Source: a virus. Taken from it: DNA of 64,000 nucleotides. The first letter of the stretch is position 1; each line of letters opens with the position of its first letter. The DNA is taken from the IMG/VR virus record IMGVR_UViG_3300032073_000003, positions 32,001-96,000 of that record, one strand, 5' to 3'. The notes beneath the pieces are model-generated. The model searched no databases. It saw nothing but the letters and a program-made list of their open reading frames with translations, and was not told where the DNA came from. Shown piece after piece: positions 1 through 11,187 of this stretch. The position numbers were made by a program, and so were the translations under genes.

Positions 1-3000
1 ATTAAATCTATATTTTTGTTCTTCTTTAGAATATAAGATGTCATAAGAATTTAAATTCCCATTTAATTTAGGGTATTGTAAAGAAAGATTAATATCATTT
101 TTAGGATATATATTTAAATTTAAATATCCTGATACTTGCTCTGAGTTATACACTATAGCTTGATCAAAATTATAATCTAAAACATGATGTTGATCTACAC
201 AGTTACCACTTTGTCTTCTATAACACTCTAAAATATACTCCATTGACCTAGTAGTCATTACATTTTGACCACTAACTATTGGGAATTCTAATTCAACACC
301 AAACTGCTCATCATAAAAATTACAAAAACTATCACATAAAAAATTATGTTTCCACAGTCCGTTGTTTTTACTACTTAAGAAAATATCTTTTGTAGGCAAT
401 AGTAAATCTGGATGCCATTCATGAAAACTAATCCAAAACTTAAATTTAGGATCATAACTAATTGTCCATGAAGCATCTTCAAAAATATATGAATCACCTA
501 AATTATATATAAGATTTTTATTATCATCTAATAGAAAATAATCACCAGTTCCATCAGAATTTACAGGAATATATTTTACTCTTCCTTTAAATTCATCTTT
601 TAAATAATAATCTTTCTTACAAAAGTAAAGTACAGAATTAGAGCTGTCATAGGTTGATTGACATCCTATACCTGCAACAGGATTATCTAAATAAGGATAA
701 TCAGGAAAATCTTTTATTAATCTGTATGGTAGATAAAGTAAAAACCACCACTTCATTCCTGCTTGTGATATTTCTTGAAGACCACTATTATAAGAAAATA
801 TCCTACCCTGATCTTGAGACATATAAAATACACCTGCTGGTGAAGATATTACAGATAATCTATTTTGAGAAGAACCATATTCATATGATTTATCTGCATT
901 AGAAACATTTTGAGGAGTAGATGCAAATAACCCTCCATCTCCTATAGTAGCTTTAACACCTAGATAACTTTCTCTTTCATCTACACCACTCATAAGTAAT
1001 GGACTAGAATTTTTAAATGTTATAAACATTCCAGTTTTACCTATTGGTTTAACCCCGCTTATTTGATTTTGAAATTCTTTATAATTATTTACTAAATAAA
1101 TAAACCAACTATCTTTAACAACTTCTATTTGTTGAGGTAAAGAATATATTACTCTATCAGGGTAATAAGTATAACACAACTCTGCTACTTGCGGATCATA
1201 ATATCTACTTTGAGTATTCCCAACAGAAAAATATTGATTAAGAAGTTTAGACACACTTAATGAATAATCATAAAGATATGCACTAAGTCTTCCCATTATA
1301 TTAGGATCCATATTAAACATACTAGGATAATCTGTATAATTATATGGATTATAATATTTTGCACCAAGAGTATCACTTTGTTTTCTAAAATCTATAAGAA
1401 CATCTGACTCAACAAAAAAGTCTCTAATACTAGAATTAGCTAAATAAAAATATGATTCTTTTACACCAAAAGTCCCAGGATAACCTCCAGTTCCTTCTAC
1501 AGTATCATCTGTATAATTATATTTTTGACTAAAATCTTTGAAATAATCCATATTATAAAACGATCTTGGAAAATTACCTGTACCAGGAATTGATGGTATA
1601 GATGTAAAACTAAAATCAATGTCATCTACTAATTTTGCTATATCATATTTTATACTATTAGCTTTGAATCTAGTTTGAGGAATCATACTATGTAAATAAT
1701 AATTATATTCAAAACCATCTGGCTCATCAAATAACCAATTATCAAAGAACATCATATTATTCTTTTCAGTATATCTATTTATATAAGTATCTCCTCCAAA
1801 AATTACAGGGCTTCTAGAAATTTTTGTAAGATCATATTGAGTATTATTTATAGGGCAGTTATAAGTAATTGTCGCAATAGAATTTATTCTACTTAATTGT
1901 TGTTCACATGGGGTTACAGAAACTTGAAATTCACTACCTATTTGACCATATTGATTTCTAGCTTTTTCTTTTAATGCACCATAATGACTTGCTATTGGTA
2001 AGTTAAAAGGAATATCTTTATCGTCTTCATTAAATTTAGGAATAGTACCATTTGTATAAACTTGAGCAATGAGATTTTGATTTAATGTTCCTAATGTTAC
2101 TAAAGATTTATCTTGAACGCCTGATTCAATTAAATTTGGACCTATGTTAACTCCATCAGGATATGAAGCATTAAAATATGGACCTGATTTACTTCTTATA
2201 ACAACTGTATCTGATCTTTTTAAATTATTTATTTTATAACTGTTATAATTTCCTAAGTTAGTTTGATATTTTTTTACATTTTGTATATTATCTCTTATAT
2301 AAAAACTATCATCTACATTAAATCTTTTTAATTCACTATTAGAAATTTTAGACATGTTACTATAATATCCATGTGCTATAGACTGTAATGTATATTGTCT
2401 AAATGGTATTATTGCATAAAATAAATTTACTATAACATCTGCACCTTCTGAAAAATAAAATGCTAATTGATTTGTAGCACCTAAAATTCTAAGAGGAGCT
2501 GGAAGATATGCATAATTAGGAAATTCTATTGTTCCATTTAAAGTTGAAGGAACAGTAATACCTGTTAAACTAGCAGCATTAATAGCAGTTTCTAAACCTT
2601 TATCTAATAATCCAATTGAGGTTGCGGGATATCCTCCAATTATAGCCAGACCTGCATCTGCAATAGTTGCTCCACCAGAACTATAATAAGTAGTAACTGC
2701 AGTATTATAAGGAGTAGAAACAGCATTTAAAGCAGCCATTGCTGTAATCTGTGCTGCTAATGCGGCATCAGAAGGACCTGGGGTAGCAGCACTAGTGAAC
2801 GCACCTGATAATGCTTTAGGTTGATTAATAGTTCTTTTACCAATTGCAGATACTATAGCTTCAGCTAAACCTCCAAGAACCATAACTAGAGCTACAGTAT
2901 CAGATAAAAATTTAAATTTAGGATGATCACTAGGTTCTTGAAAATTTAAATCAGCATTTCCTTCTAACGTACCATAAAGTTTAAATTCTGTAGTAGATAG

Positions 3001-5148
3001 ATAGGGAATTCTGAACATAGTATCCGGAGAATGAAATGTAAATATATCATTTGGCATACTCTGATTAATAACATCACCATTTTCATCGTCATTTTTAATA
3101 TAAGGGTCATTATATTTATAATTATGATCATTAGGATTTGCAGTAGCACCTATAGGGTTAATTGTGTTAAATGGATAGTTAGGATAAAGTCCTGTAAAAT
3201 CTACATTTGAAGATCCTCTTAGTTTATATGTACGCATATTATTAACCATACCTTTGGCAAGTATAGTTTTGTTACCTTCTCTAGAACCTCTAAGTATTTC
3301 ATAACCTACTATACCTGGTATATCATTACCTTCTTGATCTTTTGGTGTAGTTATATTTTCAAACATAACTCCCATAAGTCTAATAAAATCTCCTGAATTA
3401 TTAGCATTAGGTCTAAAATGTACTAGATCATTAGTATTACTATTATTTATATAATTTTCTGGAAATTTATGATGTCTAATTTTTTTTCCACATAAATCAT
3501 ATAAACCACTTTCACCTCCACTAGGTATTTGTGCTTCTGACCCTGTCCAGCAATATGAACTAGGATTCCAAATATCAGGTCTATCATCTGGGTATTGTTC
3601 AGTTGATTCCCAATATCCCATTTCTCCAACAGCTAATAAAACACCTCCATCATCCATTACCCAAGAACCAGAAGAATTTAAAGTTGCCCCATCTAAATAT
3701 GTAGGATAACTTAACTGTCTAGCAGTATTATATATTTCAAATACTTTGTCATTAGTTCTTAATGAATCATCATCATTAACTTGAGAAGTTTCAAAAACAG
3801 TTGATCCACCAGGTATATTAAAATCTTTAGGACTTCTTCCCGGAATATGATAAGAAGATGATTTATCACCTGTATTATATACCCACCTTATATAAAAAGT
3901 ATAAACCTCATCTCTAAGATAATTAGTTTTATTTCCTCCATTTACATAATAGTCTGCAGGATATTCTACTGAAGCCCACTTAGTTTGAATAAGATTTGCT
4001 AAAGGTTGATAATTAAAGTCAAATTTTGATCTTGGACCAACCCGTAATAAATAACCATTTACATCTGTAACTTGATCAGATGTTTCAAATACAGGTGTTT
4101 GTAATGGTAAGTTTTCAATAGGTACTTTAACTAATCTACTATCTATTACATCAATTTCAACAGTAGTCGTTCTTGTAGAATAATATCCAAATTGTGTTGC
4201 TACAGTTTGTTCATTAGTTGAAGATACTATTACTAATTGATATTCATCAAAATTTTCAGAATCTAATTCTAGATTAAGAGTTAATGAACCTTGTAAATCA
4301 TTTGGACTATAAACAAATTGATAATTACTTTGAGAAAAATAATCTGTTACTTTTTGTCCATCAATGCTATAAGCTATTAATGCAAAATAAGTTCCATTAG
4401 CTAACGTTCCTCCAGATTGACCTAAAGATAAAGTAAGACAAGGTGTGTCCACTAATCTTGCTAATCTAGTATCTTCACAATTTAATGAACTAAGTTCTTC
4501 TACAAAAGAACAATCATTAATAATAATTTCTGTTTCATTCCATTGTACATTAGGCCAAAGTATTTTATCCGTTCCATTAAAATAATAATTTAAATCAGGC
4601 TGACCTAACCAAGTATATTCTTTAGCTGGCCATGTTTTAGGGTCTCCTATATTTAAATATCTATCAGGATTAAATCCATCTGACCAATATACTATCCAAC
4701 TACAATCTTGTGCTTCTCTAGAGGCTCCTGATATTAATTGACGTTTATCAAAATTTAAACAAGCATCTTGAACAATCTCTCTATAGCTACAAATATCTTC
4801 TTCTAGTAATCCTATTTCAGAAGAAATCCTTTCTCCAACGTTATTATGACCTGCAGTAAATACAATCCATTTATCAGAATAAAGATATATGGCACCAATT
4901 ATATATTTTTGAGTAACAGTAGTGGGCATTGTTTTACCCGCAGTTATACAAAGAAAATTAGATGATTCATTAGACAATGTACTTACATCACCTTCTCTTG
5001 TATTATTTACAATATTTATAGCATGTGTCCACATACCTGGAGACACAAAAGAAGGATCAGAATCTTTATTTAACCCTTTATTAAAAGAATTACTAATTAT
5101 ATCAGATGTATTTTGAAGTCCTTGATTAACTTTTTTTTTCTTTGCCAT
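1..5148 (-). CDS. Tail muzzle/stabilization protein (crAss-like), truncated by window edge, >1,716 aa
   Basis: ATG at 5148 (MAKKKKVNQGLQNTSDIISNSFNKGLNKD...). The same frame is open at the window's left end (...SKEEQKYRFN). The ORF track lacks it, consistent with no in-window stop. The N-terminal F-x-KGLNKD motif and position right after the ring-protein genes match the Crassvirales muzzle gene. Confidence 0.8.
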   Translation of the reverse strand, partial: MAKKKKVNQGLQNTSDIISNSFNKGLNKDSDPSFVSPGMWTHAINIVNNTREGDVSTLSNESSNFLCITAGKTMPTTVTQKYIIGAIYLYSDKWIVFTAGHNNVGERISSEIGLLEEDICSYREIVQDACLNFDKRQLISGASREAQDCSWIVYWSDGFNPDRYLNIGDPKTWPAKEYTWLGQPDLNYYFNGTDKILWPNVQWNETEIIINDCSFVEELSSLNCEDTRLARLVDTPCLTLSLGQSGGTLANGTYFALIAYSIDGQKVTDYFSQSNYQFVYSPNDLQGSLTLNLELDSENFDEYQLVIVSSTNEQTVATQFGYYSTRTTTVEIDVIDSRLVKVPIENLPLQTPVFETSDQVTDVNGYLLRVGPRSKFDFNYQPLANLIQTKWASVEYPADYYVNGGNKTNYLRDEVYTFYIRWVYNTGDKSSSYHIPGRSPKDFNIPGGSTVFETSQVNDDDSLRTNDKVFEIYNTARQLSYPTYLDGATLNSSGSWVMDDGGVLLAVGEMGYWESTEQYPDDRPDIWNPSSYCWTGSEAQIPSGGESGLYDLCGKKIRHHKFPENYINNSNTNDLVHFRPNANNSGDFIRLMGVMFENITTPKDQEGNDIPGIVGYEILRGSREGNKTILAKGMVNNMRTYKLRGSSNVDFTGLYPNYPFNTINPIGATANPNDHNYKYNDPYIKNDDENGDVINQSMPNDIFTFHSPDTMFRIPYLSTTEFKLYGTLEGNADLNFQEPSDHPKFKFLSDTVALVMVLGGLAEAIVSAIGKRTINQPKALSGAFTSAATPGPSDAALAAQITAMAALNAVSTPYNTAVTTYYSSGGATIADAGLAIIGGYPATSIGLLDKGLETAINAASLTGITVPSTLNGTIEFPNYAYLPAPLRILGATNQLAFYFSEGADVIVNLFYAIIPFRQYTLQSIAHGYYSNMSKISNSELKRFNVDDSFYIRDNIQNVKKYQTNLGNYNSYKINNLKRSDTVVIRSKSGPYFNASYPDGVNIGPNLIESGVQDKSLVTLGTLNQNLIAQVYTNGTIPKFNEDDKDIPFNLPIASHYGALKEKARNQYGQIGSEFQVSVTPCEQQLSRINSIATITYNCPINNTQYDLTKISRSPVIFGGDTYINRYTEKNNMMFFDNWLFDEPDGFEYNYYLHSMIPQTRFKANSIKYDIAKLVDDIDFSFTSIPSIPGTGNFPRSFYNMDYFKDFSQKYNYTDDTVEGTGGYPGTFGVKESYFYLANSSIRDFFVESDVLIDFRKQSDTLGAKYYNPYNYTDYPSMFNMDPNIMGRLSAYLYDYSLSVSKLLNQYFSVGNTQSRYYDPQVAELCYTYYPDRVIYSLPQQIEVVKDSWFIYLVNNYKEFQNQISGVKPIGKTGMFITFKNSSPLLMSGVDERESYLGVKATIGDGGLFASTPQNVSNADKSYEYGSSQNRLSVISSPAGVFYMSQDQGRIFSYNSGLQEISQAGMKWWFLLYLPYRLIKDFPDYPYLDNPVAGIGCQSTYDSSNSVLYFCKKDYYLKDEFKGRVKYIPVNSDGTGDYFLLDDNKNLIYNLGDSYIFEDASWTISYDPKFKFWISFHEWHPDLLLPTKDIFLSSKNNGLWKHNFLCDSFCNFYDEQFGVELEFPIVSGQNVMTTRSMEYILECYRRQSGNCVDQHHVLDYNFDQAIVYNSEQVSGYLNLNIYPKNDINLSLQYPKLNGNLNSYDILYSKEEQKYRFN

Positions 5149-5149
5149 C

Positions 5150-6142
5150 TTAGAGTACCCTATTATTACTATTTCTTCTACCTAAATTTGGTGAATAACT
5201 CATAAACATGTTATAATATTTACCATACATTGCTTTACGATTTGCTAACCACATATCTTTTAACTCAGCAAAGTTTGGAGTATTTACAAGACTTAATGCA
5301 TTGTTACGAGCTCCTCTTAATCTTTGTTCAACAAGCTGCATTCTTTGTGATACATTTTCTCCATTTAAAAATAAGTTTTCAAATATTCTTGACTTTAATG
5401 CATATTCATAATATTCATTAAGGAGTTCATGATCAGGTACTAATAAATTACCATCATTATCAGATAGGTCACCTTGATAATTTAAATAAACTTTTCCAGT
5501 ATTAAATGATGTAAAAAGAAATCCGTTTTTAATCCATCCCTCATCAGGAGTATTGTAATATAAATTAGGACAATCACAATCTATAGTCTGACTAGTTTTC
5601 ATCTTTAATGGTTTTGTATAACCAGCTTTTCTTACTGTACTAGAGTTAACTACTTGAATGAGTTCATAAGGTTCATTTTTACAATTTAAAAATACCCGAG
5701 GTTTTTGAGAACTATCTCCATAAGGTTGGTCAGGATTGTGTGTAATACATATACCTTCTTTTCCATCTAAACAGCATGTGTTATCTGGAGGACATCCACA
5801 ATGAGTAGGTTGATTTGGCCAATCTGTATAAGGTACTTCTTGAATATTTGTACCACTTGCATAACCATCATATCCAACTACTTCATTAAAATCTCCGCAA
5901 ATCAACCCGTAATTAAATGTATAAAAATCATCTGGTAATTTCACTTTACCATGAGTCACATCTAAAATAATTTCTTTTTGCTGGTTTATTCTTAACCCTA
6001 AATCATAATTAAGTTTCCTTACTAGTTTAATTAACTGTTGAGGCTCAATCATATTTTCTAAAGCAAATGTATGTAGATCTACAGTTACATCTTCTAAAAG
6101 TTGATCAAAAGTTCTGTATTTAAGTGTATAATTAAAATCCAT
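5150..6142 (-). CDS. Tail ring protein (crAss-like) with Cys-rich insertion
   Basis: 330 aa. Helical N- and C-termini, central beta region, synteny immediately upstream of the muzzle gene. Confidence 0.6.
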   Translation of the reverse strand: MDFNYTLKYRTFDQLLEDVTVDLHTFALENMIEPQQLIKLVRKLNYDLGLRINQQKEIILDVTHGKVKLPDDFYTFNYGLICGDFNEVVGYDGYASGTNIQEVPYTDWPNQPTHCGCPPDNTCCLDGKEGICITHNPDQPYGDSSQKPRVFLNCKNEPYELIQVVNSSTVRKAGYTKPLKMKTSQTIDCDCPNLYYNTPDEGWIKNGFLFTSFNTGKVYLNYQGDLSDNDGNLLVPDHELLNEYYEYALKSRIFENLFLNGENVSQRMQLVEQRLRGARNNALSLVNTPNFAELKDMWLANRKAMYGKYYNMFMSYSPNLGRRNSNNRVL

Positions 6143-6279
6143 TATTTTTTCTTTTTTCTTTTAGGTACACAATTGTTAACCATTTTTACCTTTCCACCTT
6201 TAGTTTTTTTACCACTAGGAGATTTTTTTTTACCTTTAGCTACATAGCCTTTCCAACAAGTATTTTTTTTAACTGCCAT
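6142..6279 (-). CDS. Small highly basic protein, 45 aa (CWKGY...NCVP motif)
   Basis: Hand-translated MAVKKNTCWKGYVAKGKKKSPSGKKTKGGKVKMVNNCVPKRKKKK*. Start and stop each overlap neighbouring genes by 1 nt (TAATG coupling). Confidence 0.75.
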   Translation of the reverse strand: MAVKKNTCWKGYVAKGKKKSPSGKKTKGGKVKMVNNCVPKRKKKK

Positions 6280-6950
6280 TATCTTAAAACATTTTGACTA
6301 TCATCTGGACCATCTGCTGGTACTTTCATAGACATTGTTAATTCTTGTACAACAAATTGTTCTATTTCAGAAAATAAATATTCTGGAAACGGTAAAGGAT
6401 CTTGTTGTCTAACTAAACATTTATCTTCAGTGTCACATGTAAATTCAGAAGTATCTCCTTCAAATATTGCTTCAACTCTAATTGCATCCCAATCTACATT
6501 TGGAATATAAAGGTATCCATTTAAATACCAAAAATAAGGTCTTTTATTATACTTAAAAGTTGTTGATTTAGTCATAGAAACCCAAGTACCAGGATCTGTT
6601 CTAAACATTTCTATACTACCATCAATAGAAGAAACTGTTCTAATTACAGGTCCTAATGCTCCATCAAATATAGTAGGAAGTTTTTCTTTTGTTCTTTTAA
6701 AATAACATCCTGAATAAACACCTACACAATCAGCTTCTACTTTATCAACATCTATTAATTCTACATAAGGAAGTGTTCTAAATATAGAACTTATTTTCAT
6801 TAATCTAAATTGATTATCTTCTCTCTTTAACAGAGATTGTCCATACTTAATTAAAGAATAATAGATTGTTCTATCCGTTAAGAAAGGGTCTTCTTTAACA
6901 GCTTTAAGTGTGTTTCTTACTCTTGATACGGCTTCTCCAATTGTTGTCAT
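6279..6950 (-). CDS. Tail ring protein (crAss-like)
   Basis: 223 aa. Size and position in the ring/muzzle block. Confidence 0.6.
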   Translation of the reverse strand: MTTIGEAVSRVRNTLKAVKEDPFLTDRTIYYSLIKYGQSLLKREDNQFRLMKISSIFRTLPYVELIDVDKVEADCVGVYSGCYFKRTKEKLPTIFDGALGPVIRTVSSIDGSIEMFRTDPGTWVSMTKSTTFKYNKRPYFWYLNGYLYIPNVDWDAIRVEAIFEGDTSEFTCDTEDKCLVRQQDPLPFPEYLFSEIEQFVVQELTMSMKVPADGPDDSQNVLR

Positions 6951-7528
6951 ATATCAAATTCATTATAATTTTTTAAAGCCTTTTTTTCAGACTTTTTAAG
7001 AAAATTTTTATACATAGCACTATTATAAACTTTATCTATTTTAGCTCCTGGTAATACTTCAACATACATATTCCAATTTTCAGAATATGCTTTTGAAACT
7101 GCTCTTTTAAATTCTCTACATGCAGTAAATCCCCAAAACTCTCTATTTTTCATTTTAAGTTTTGGAGCATAATTTGATAAAAAAATCTTAGCTAGTTTAC
7201 CATCAGTTTCCCAATTTTTATTGCTTACACTTACTCCATATTTATGAGACTTACCGTAATCAATATTTTGTTTTTTGCTTTTTTGACAAGTTCCTATAAA
7301 TACCCAACCTAGCTGTTCAGGTAATTGTACACCGTCTCTTGTGTCAATTACAGCTTGATATAAAATTTGATTAAACCTTTTAATCATTTTTCTAATTATT
7401 TTGTTATCTAAGTCTTTATACCTAGGGTATGCTTGTTTAAAGTTTTCAAAGAACTCTCTATCTAAGATAGTTTTAACTTGAGGTCTATACCTCGAAGCTT
7501 TTACATTTGGTTTGTTAAATTCCTTCAT
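6947..7528 (-). CDS. IHF/HU-like DNA-binding protein
   Basis: 193 aa, basic. Helix-helix then 'GVQLPEQLGWVFI' beta arm. An IHF-like gene in this position is typical of crAss-like tail blocks. Confidence 0.55.
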   Translation of the reverse strand: MKEFNKPNVKASRYRPQVKTILDREFFENFKQAYPRYKDLDNKIIRKMIKRFNQILYQAVIDTRDGVQLPEQLGWVFIGTCQKSKKQNIDYGKSHKYGVSVSNKNWETDGKLAKIFLSNYAPKLKMKNREFWGFTACREFKRAVSKAYSENWNMYVEVLPGAKIDKVYNSAMYKNFLKKSEKKALKNYNEFDI

Positions 7529-7583
7529 AATAATATAGTAAAAATTTGTGACTTAAACAAATATACAAAAAAACAAAATACCT

Positions 7584-7617
7584 AAAAAAACAAAACCCCC
7601 ACTAGTGTGAGGGTCTC
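7584..7617 (-). terminator. Intrinsic terminator
   Basis: Minus strand GAGACCCTCAC-ACTA-GTGGGGGTTTT followed by a T-run, after the 602-aa gene. Confidence 0.7.
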
Positions 7618-7654
7618 GTCTGTCTGTCACAGAAACCAACAAACCTGTAACATA

Positions 7655-9463
7655 TTATCCTATTACAGTAACTCTAACATTTCCAAGTCCAGCACCAGTA
7701 AGGTCTGTAATATCAACATCATTAGCAGTTGGACTTGATACACTATAATCTACTCCGTGTACAAGATGTGCATATGGAGCTACAGCATCAGTAACTGTTA
7801 CACTAAGACTATTAGTATTTAAAAGATGATTAAATGTTACAGTTGCACTTACACCAATAGCAGTACCTCCAGATTCATATTTAGCAACATCAGCTACAAT
7901 TGAAACAGTATTAGCAACAGTTGCGTCAGTACTAATACCTTTGCCACCTATAATATCTAATGTATCTGTAAGACTACTTGCAGTAGTTGAGCCTGTGTCA
8001 GCTCTAAATGTCTCATATATATTAGCAGTATTGATTAATGGATCTGCAGGAAGACCGGTTCCTGATAAACCTGCGCCAACTGCAACACCTGCCCAATCAA
8101 TTTCTAATGTTGCAACACCAGGAGCACCTGAAATTGCTGTTGAAATTGCAGAACCTGCTGCACCAACAATTTCTAAACTATCAGTAACTGAACCTGCGGC
8201 AACATTACCTGCATCACCAGCTACATTAGAAAAGATTGAAGTAATATCACAATCAACTACTATTGTATTTGGGGAAGGAACACTTACAGAAATTTCAGCA
8301 CCTCCAACTAAAGTTAGAGTGTCTGTATTAGTAGTTGCAACAGCTGTTCCTACAGATGGACCACCATCATTATTACAATCAATAGTTCCAAAGATTAATT
8401 GAGCTGTACCTGGGTCAGTATTAAGTAAGTCATATTGTGCTGCTGTACCTGTACCACTAAGTATTGCACTAATACCACTTCCACCTGCGCCAACATCTGC
8501 TGGATCAGCAAGTATACTTAAACTAGCAGTACCTGTAGTAGGTATAATACTAGTTGCTGCAAAATCAATTAATTCAAACCATCTTTCAGGATCAGAAAAT
8601 AAGTTTTCAATTTGAAGTTGATATGTTGCTGGATTATAATTTAATGCAATACCAGGTCCTTCAATTAAACCTGGACCTACATTTCCTGGAGCGTATATAA
8701 CACTCTCCATAATCCAGTTAGTCATTTCAGTTTCATCAATAGTGATGTCAAATGTTCTAAGGAAGTTAGCTCCTGATCCACCTGGAGATGTTAAAGTTGA
8801 AATCAACCTTACATCTGTTGCATCTACAGTAACTTGATCAACATCTAGTTGCCATGTAGTATCACCTGCATTTGGAGTATTTGGAATTTCTAAAATAGAA
8901 ATATATCCAAATAATGAGTTAAGTTCTGTTTCAGGTAAAAGTGTAGCATCAATACCAATTGTATAAGTAGTCTCATATGGACCTGGTGTTGATGGATCAA
9001 CAATTAAAGTTAAAGCAGAAGCTGCGTCTACAGCTACTATACTTTCATTAGCATTTACTACATAAGGAGTTAATGCAGTACCGTCACCAGTTACAACAAC
9101 ATTATCACCTGCAGTTACCTGAGATGCTGAAGGTAATTCAGCTGGATCTAAGCTTAAGCTATAAGTTGTTACAGAACCTACTACAATAGTATCTACTAAA
9201 ATAGCAGCATCTGTTGATTCTACTACAGTAGTTGGAATAATTAATGAGTCAAATTTACTACAAAAATAATTTATAATTTTAGTGACTATAGTGTCCATAT
9301 AATCATATCGACTAATTACTGTATCATCACCACATGAGATGTCTGTTCCCGTATATACAATGCATTGAGCATTGAAAACCTCCGTACAGGAAGGAGGACA
9401 TGGTGCTGTAACAGTATAACTGTTGCTACATCCACAATTTTGATTACAATTTGAAGTTGCCAT
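7655..9463 (-). CDS. Tail fibre-like protein
   Basis: 602 aa, T/G/A/V/D-rich. Repeated 'F.T...D.G...A....DTL.I.GG' units and a Cys-rich N-terminus similar to the 553-aa neighbour (C..V..CIVY/W.G..I.C). Confidence 0.65.
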   Translation of the reverse strand: MATSNCNQNCGCSNSYTVTAPCPPSCTEVFNAQCIVYTGTDISCGDDTVISRYDYMDTIVTKIINYFCSKFDSLIIPTTVVESTDAAILVDTIVVGSVTTYSLSLDPAELPSASQVTAGDNVVVTGDGTALTPYVVNANESIVAVDAASALTLIVDPSTPGPYETTYTIGIDATLLPETELNSLFGYISILEIPNTPNAGDTTWQLDVDQVTVDATDVRLISTLTSPGGSGANFLRTFDITIDETEMTNWIMESVIYAPGNVGPGLIEGPGIALNYNPATYQLQIENLFSDPERWFELIDFAATSIIPTTGTASLSILADPADVGAGGSGISAILSGTGTAAQYDLLNTDPGTAQLIFGTIDCNNDGGPSVGTAVATTNTDTLTLVGGAEISVSVPSPNTIVVDCDITSIFSNVAGDAGNVAAGSVTDSLEIVGAAGSAISTAISGAPGVATLEIDWAGVAVGAGLSGTGLPADPLINTANIYETFRADTGSTTASSLTDTLDIIGGKGISTDATVANTVSIVADVAKYESGGTAIGVSATVTFNHLLNTNSLSVTVTDAVAPYAHLVHGVDYSVSSPTANDVDITDLTGAGLGNVRVTVIG

Positions 9464-9498
9464 TTTTATTTTATTTTAATTTATATATATATACATTT

Positions 9499-11160
9499 TT
9501 ATTCACAGTTAAAAGATTCAATTTCTGTACAAGGATCTAAATAAGCAATAAATCCTTCTAATCTTATATTAAACCCTCCTATTTGATCAGGTTCACCAGC
9601 ATCACAATTAAAAGTGTATTCATCAGTTGTAAATTCTACCTGTAAAGGAGTACTACCAGATGTACCATTATTATGAATATTTGTGCTTGCAGATGTATAA
9701 TAAGGAGCTTTATCACCAGTCCTAACATCACTTATAATATATCTTAAATGAGATTGACCAAAACCAGTACCTACTCCCCCATCTCCTTCTTCTACATCTC
9801 TAATTGTTTGTATTGTTAATACTCCAGTAGTATCTAAATTTGGTCTCAAAACTGTAGATAATGTTAAACTGGTGCTTCCACCTGTAACATCATTTCCAGC
9901 AATCTGTCTTGGGGTAACTATCCAATCAGCAATAAGACTTCCATCTAAAGTAGTTGGTGCAGGTAAAACAGAAGTTGGAATAATAGAATTACTATTATTA
10001 AATTTAATTGCACCAGCTGGAAGTACAGTACAACCTCCTGGACCCGTAAAAACTTGACTACTTTCTGTAGCTACATAATTAGGTTGACTATAATCTACAA
10101 CACCACCTAAACCATCAGCAATAGGAATCATAGCATTTCCTCTAAAATGAATTTGATTACCCATTCTTCTACATTGAGGTTTCTGTACTCCCGGAAGAAA
10201 AAAATCAAAACCTAATAAATCTACCCAACCAGTATCTTGAACTTGTGCTGAAACTTCATATGTAGTTGTATCACCTACTACAGTAGATGTAACATCAATG
10301 CCATCTCCTGCTGTAACAACTGTTATTGGAGTATCTAAAGCACTTAAATAATTATAAGTATCACATATAACTAACCATATATTAGTAATTGCATCTGCTA
10401 CTGTTGATTGTGAATCTACCCAACCTGCTAATGATGAAAATGCTACTCCTCCATTTAATGTTAATTGATCACCAGCTATACATTGTGTAGCAACTGCACT
10501 TAACAAATCAGCAGGTAAACCTGTAGCACCTAACAATGCACAATATCCATAAGTATCATCATTAACTAATGCATCTAATACGGTATCAATAGTATAAGCA
10601 CTACCACCAACTATTAATCCATCTGCTAATGTACAGTTTACTAATATAGAGGGAAGAGTATATATATCTTTTGGTGCATTTTCTAATGCTGTAATTCTAA
10701 TATCTAAATTTGTAATTTGTAATTGTAATTCTGCAATTTCATCTATAATGGCACATACTTTTTCTGCAATTAAATGAACATATTCAATAAGTTGCATTGT
10801 TGTTGTACCATCTTCTTGAAAACATTCTGCTATAGTTACAACACAATCAGGACATCCTGATTCAGATTCTGTATCTTTAGTAGGTATGTTTTGAAGTTCA
10901 CATATTTTTTCAATTAATAATTGAATTAGTGCTTTAAAATCAACAGGTCCACAATCAGCAATATTTAAACAAGAAAGGTCGTAATTACTAACATTTGTTT
11001 GTTCTAAAATTAAACATAAATCAGTAGCAAGTTTTGCTATTACATCAGATACAGTATCACCTGTACATAATTCAATACATTCAATTGTAGGTCCTTGCCA
11101 TACCACACAATTAGATGATACTGGTGAACACGGTTTATTATCTAAATTTAAAGGTTTCAT
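9499..11160 (-). CDS. Tail fibre/spike protein
   Basis: 553 aa. Cys-rich N-terminus, coiled-coil segment (LQLQITNLDIRITALE), 'DTGWVDL...QCRRMGNQIHFRG' fibre-tip-like motif. Confidence 0.6.
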   Translation of the reverse strand: MKPLNLDNKPCSPVSSNCVVWQGPTIECIELCTGDTVSDVIAKLATDLCLILEQTNVSNYDLSCLNIADCGPVDFKALIQLLIEKICELQNIPTKDTESESGCPDCVVTIAECFQEDGTTTMQLIEYVHLIAEKVCAIIDEIAELQLQITNLDIRITALENAPKDIYTLPSILVNCTLADGLIVGGSAYTIDTVLDALVNDDTYGYCALLGATGLPADLLSAVATQCIAGDQLTLNGGVAFSSLAGWVDSQSTVADAITNIWLVICDTYNYLSALDTPITVVTAGDGIDVTSTVVGDTTTYEVSAQVQDTGWVDLLGFDFFLPGVQKPQCRRMGNQIHFRGNAMIPIADGLGGVVDYSQPNYVATESSQVFTGPGGCTVLPAGAIKFNNSNSIIPTSVLPAPTTLDGSLIADWIVTPRQIAGNDVTGGSTSLTLSTVLRPNLDTTGVLTIQTIRDVEEGDGGVGTGFGQSHLRYIISDVRTGDKAPYYTSASTNIHNNGTSGSTPLQVEFTTDEYTFNCDAGEPDQIGGFNIRLEGFIAYLDPCTEIESFNCE

Positions 11161-11187
11161 ATGTTTTCTCTATTTATAATATACAAA

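Noticed and set aside
654-5116. Short ORFs 654..902, 2964..3149, 3447..3629, 4922..5116
   Set aside because: All lie inside the long muzzle reading frame 1..5148.
7941-8402. 153-aa plus-strand ORF
   Set aside because: Antisense shadow of the 602-aa fibre gene. Its openness is explained by the G/A/T/V codon bias of the real gene.
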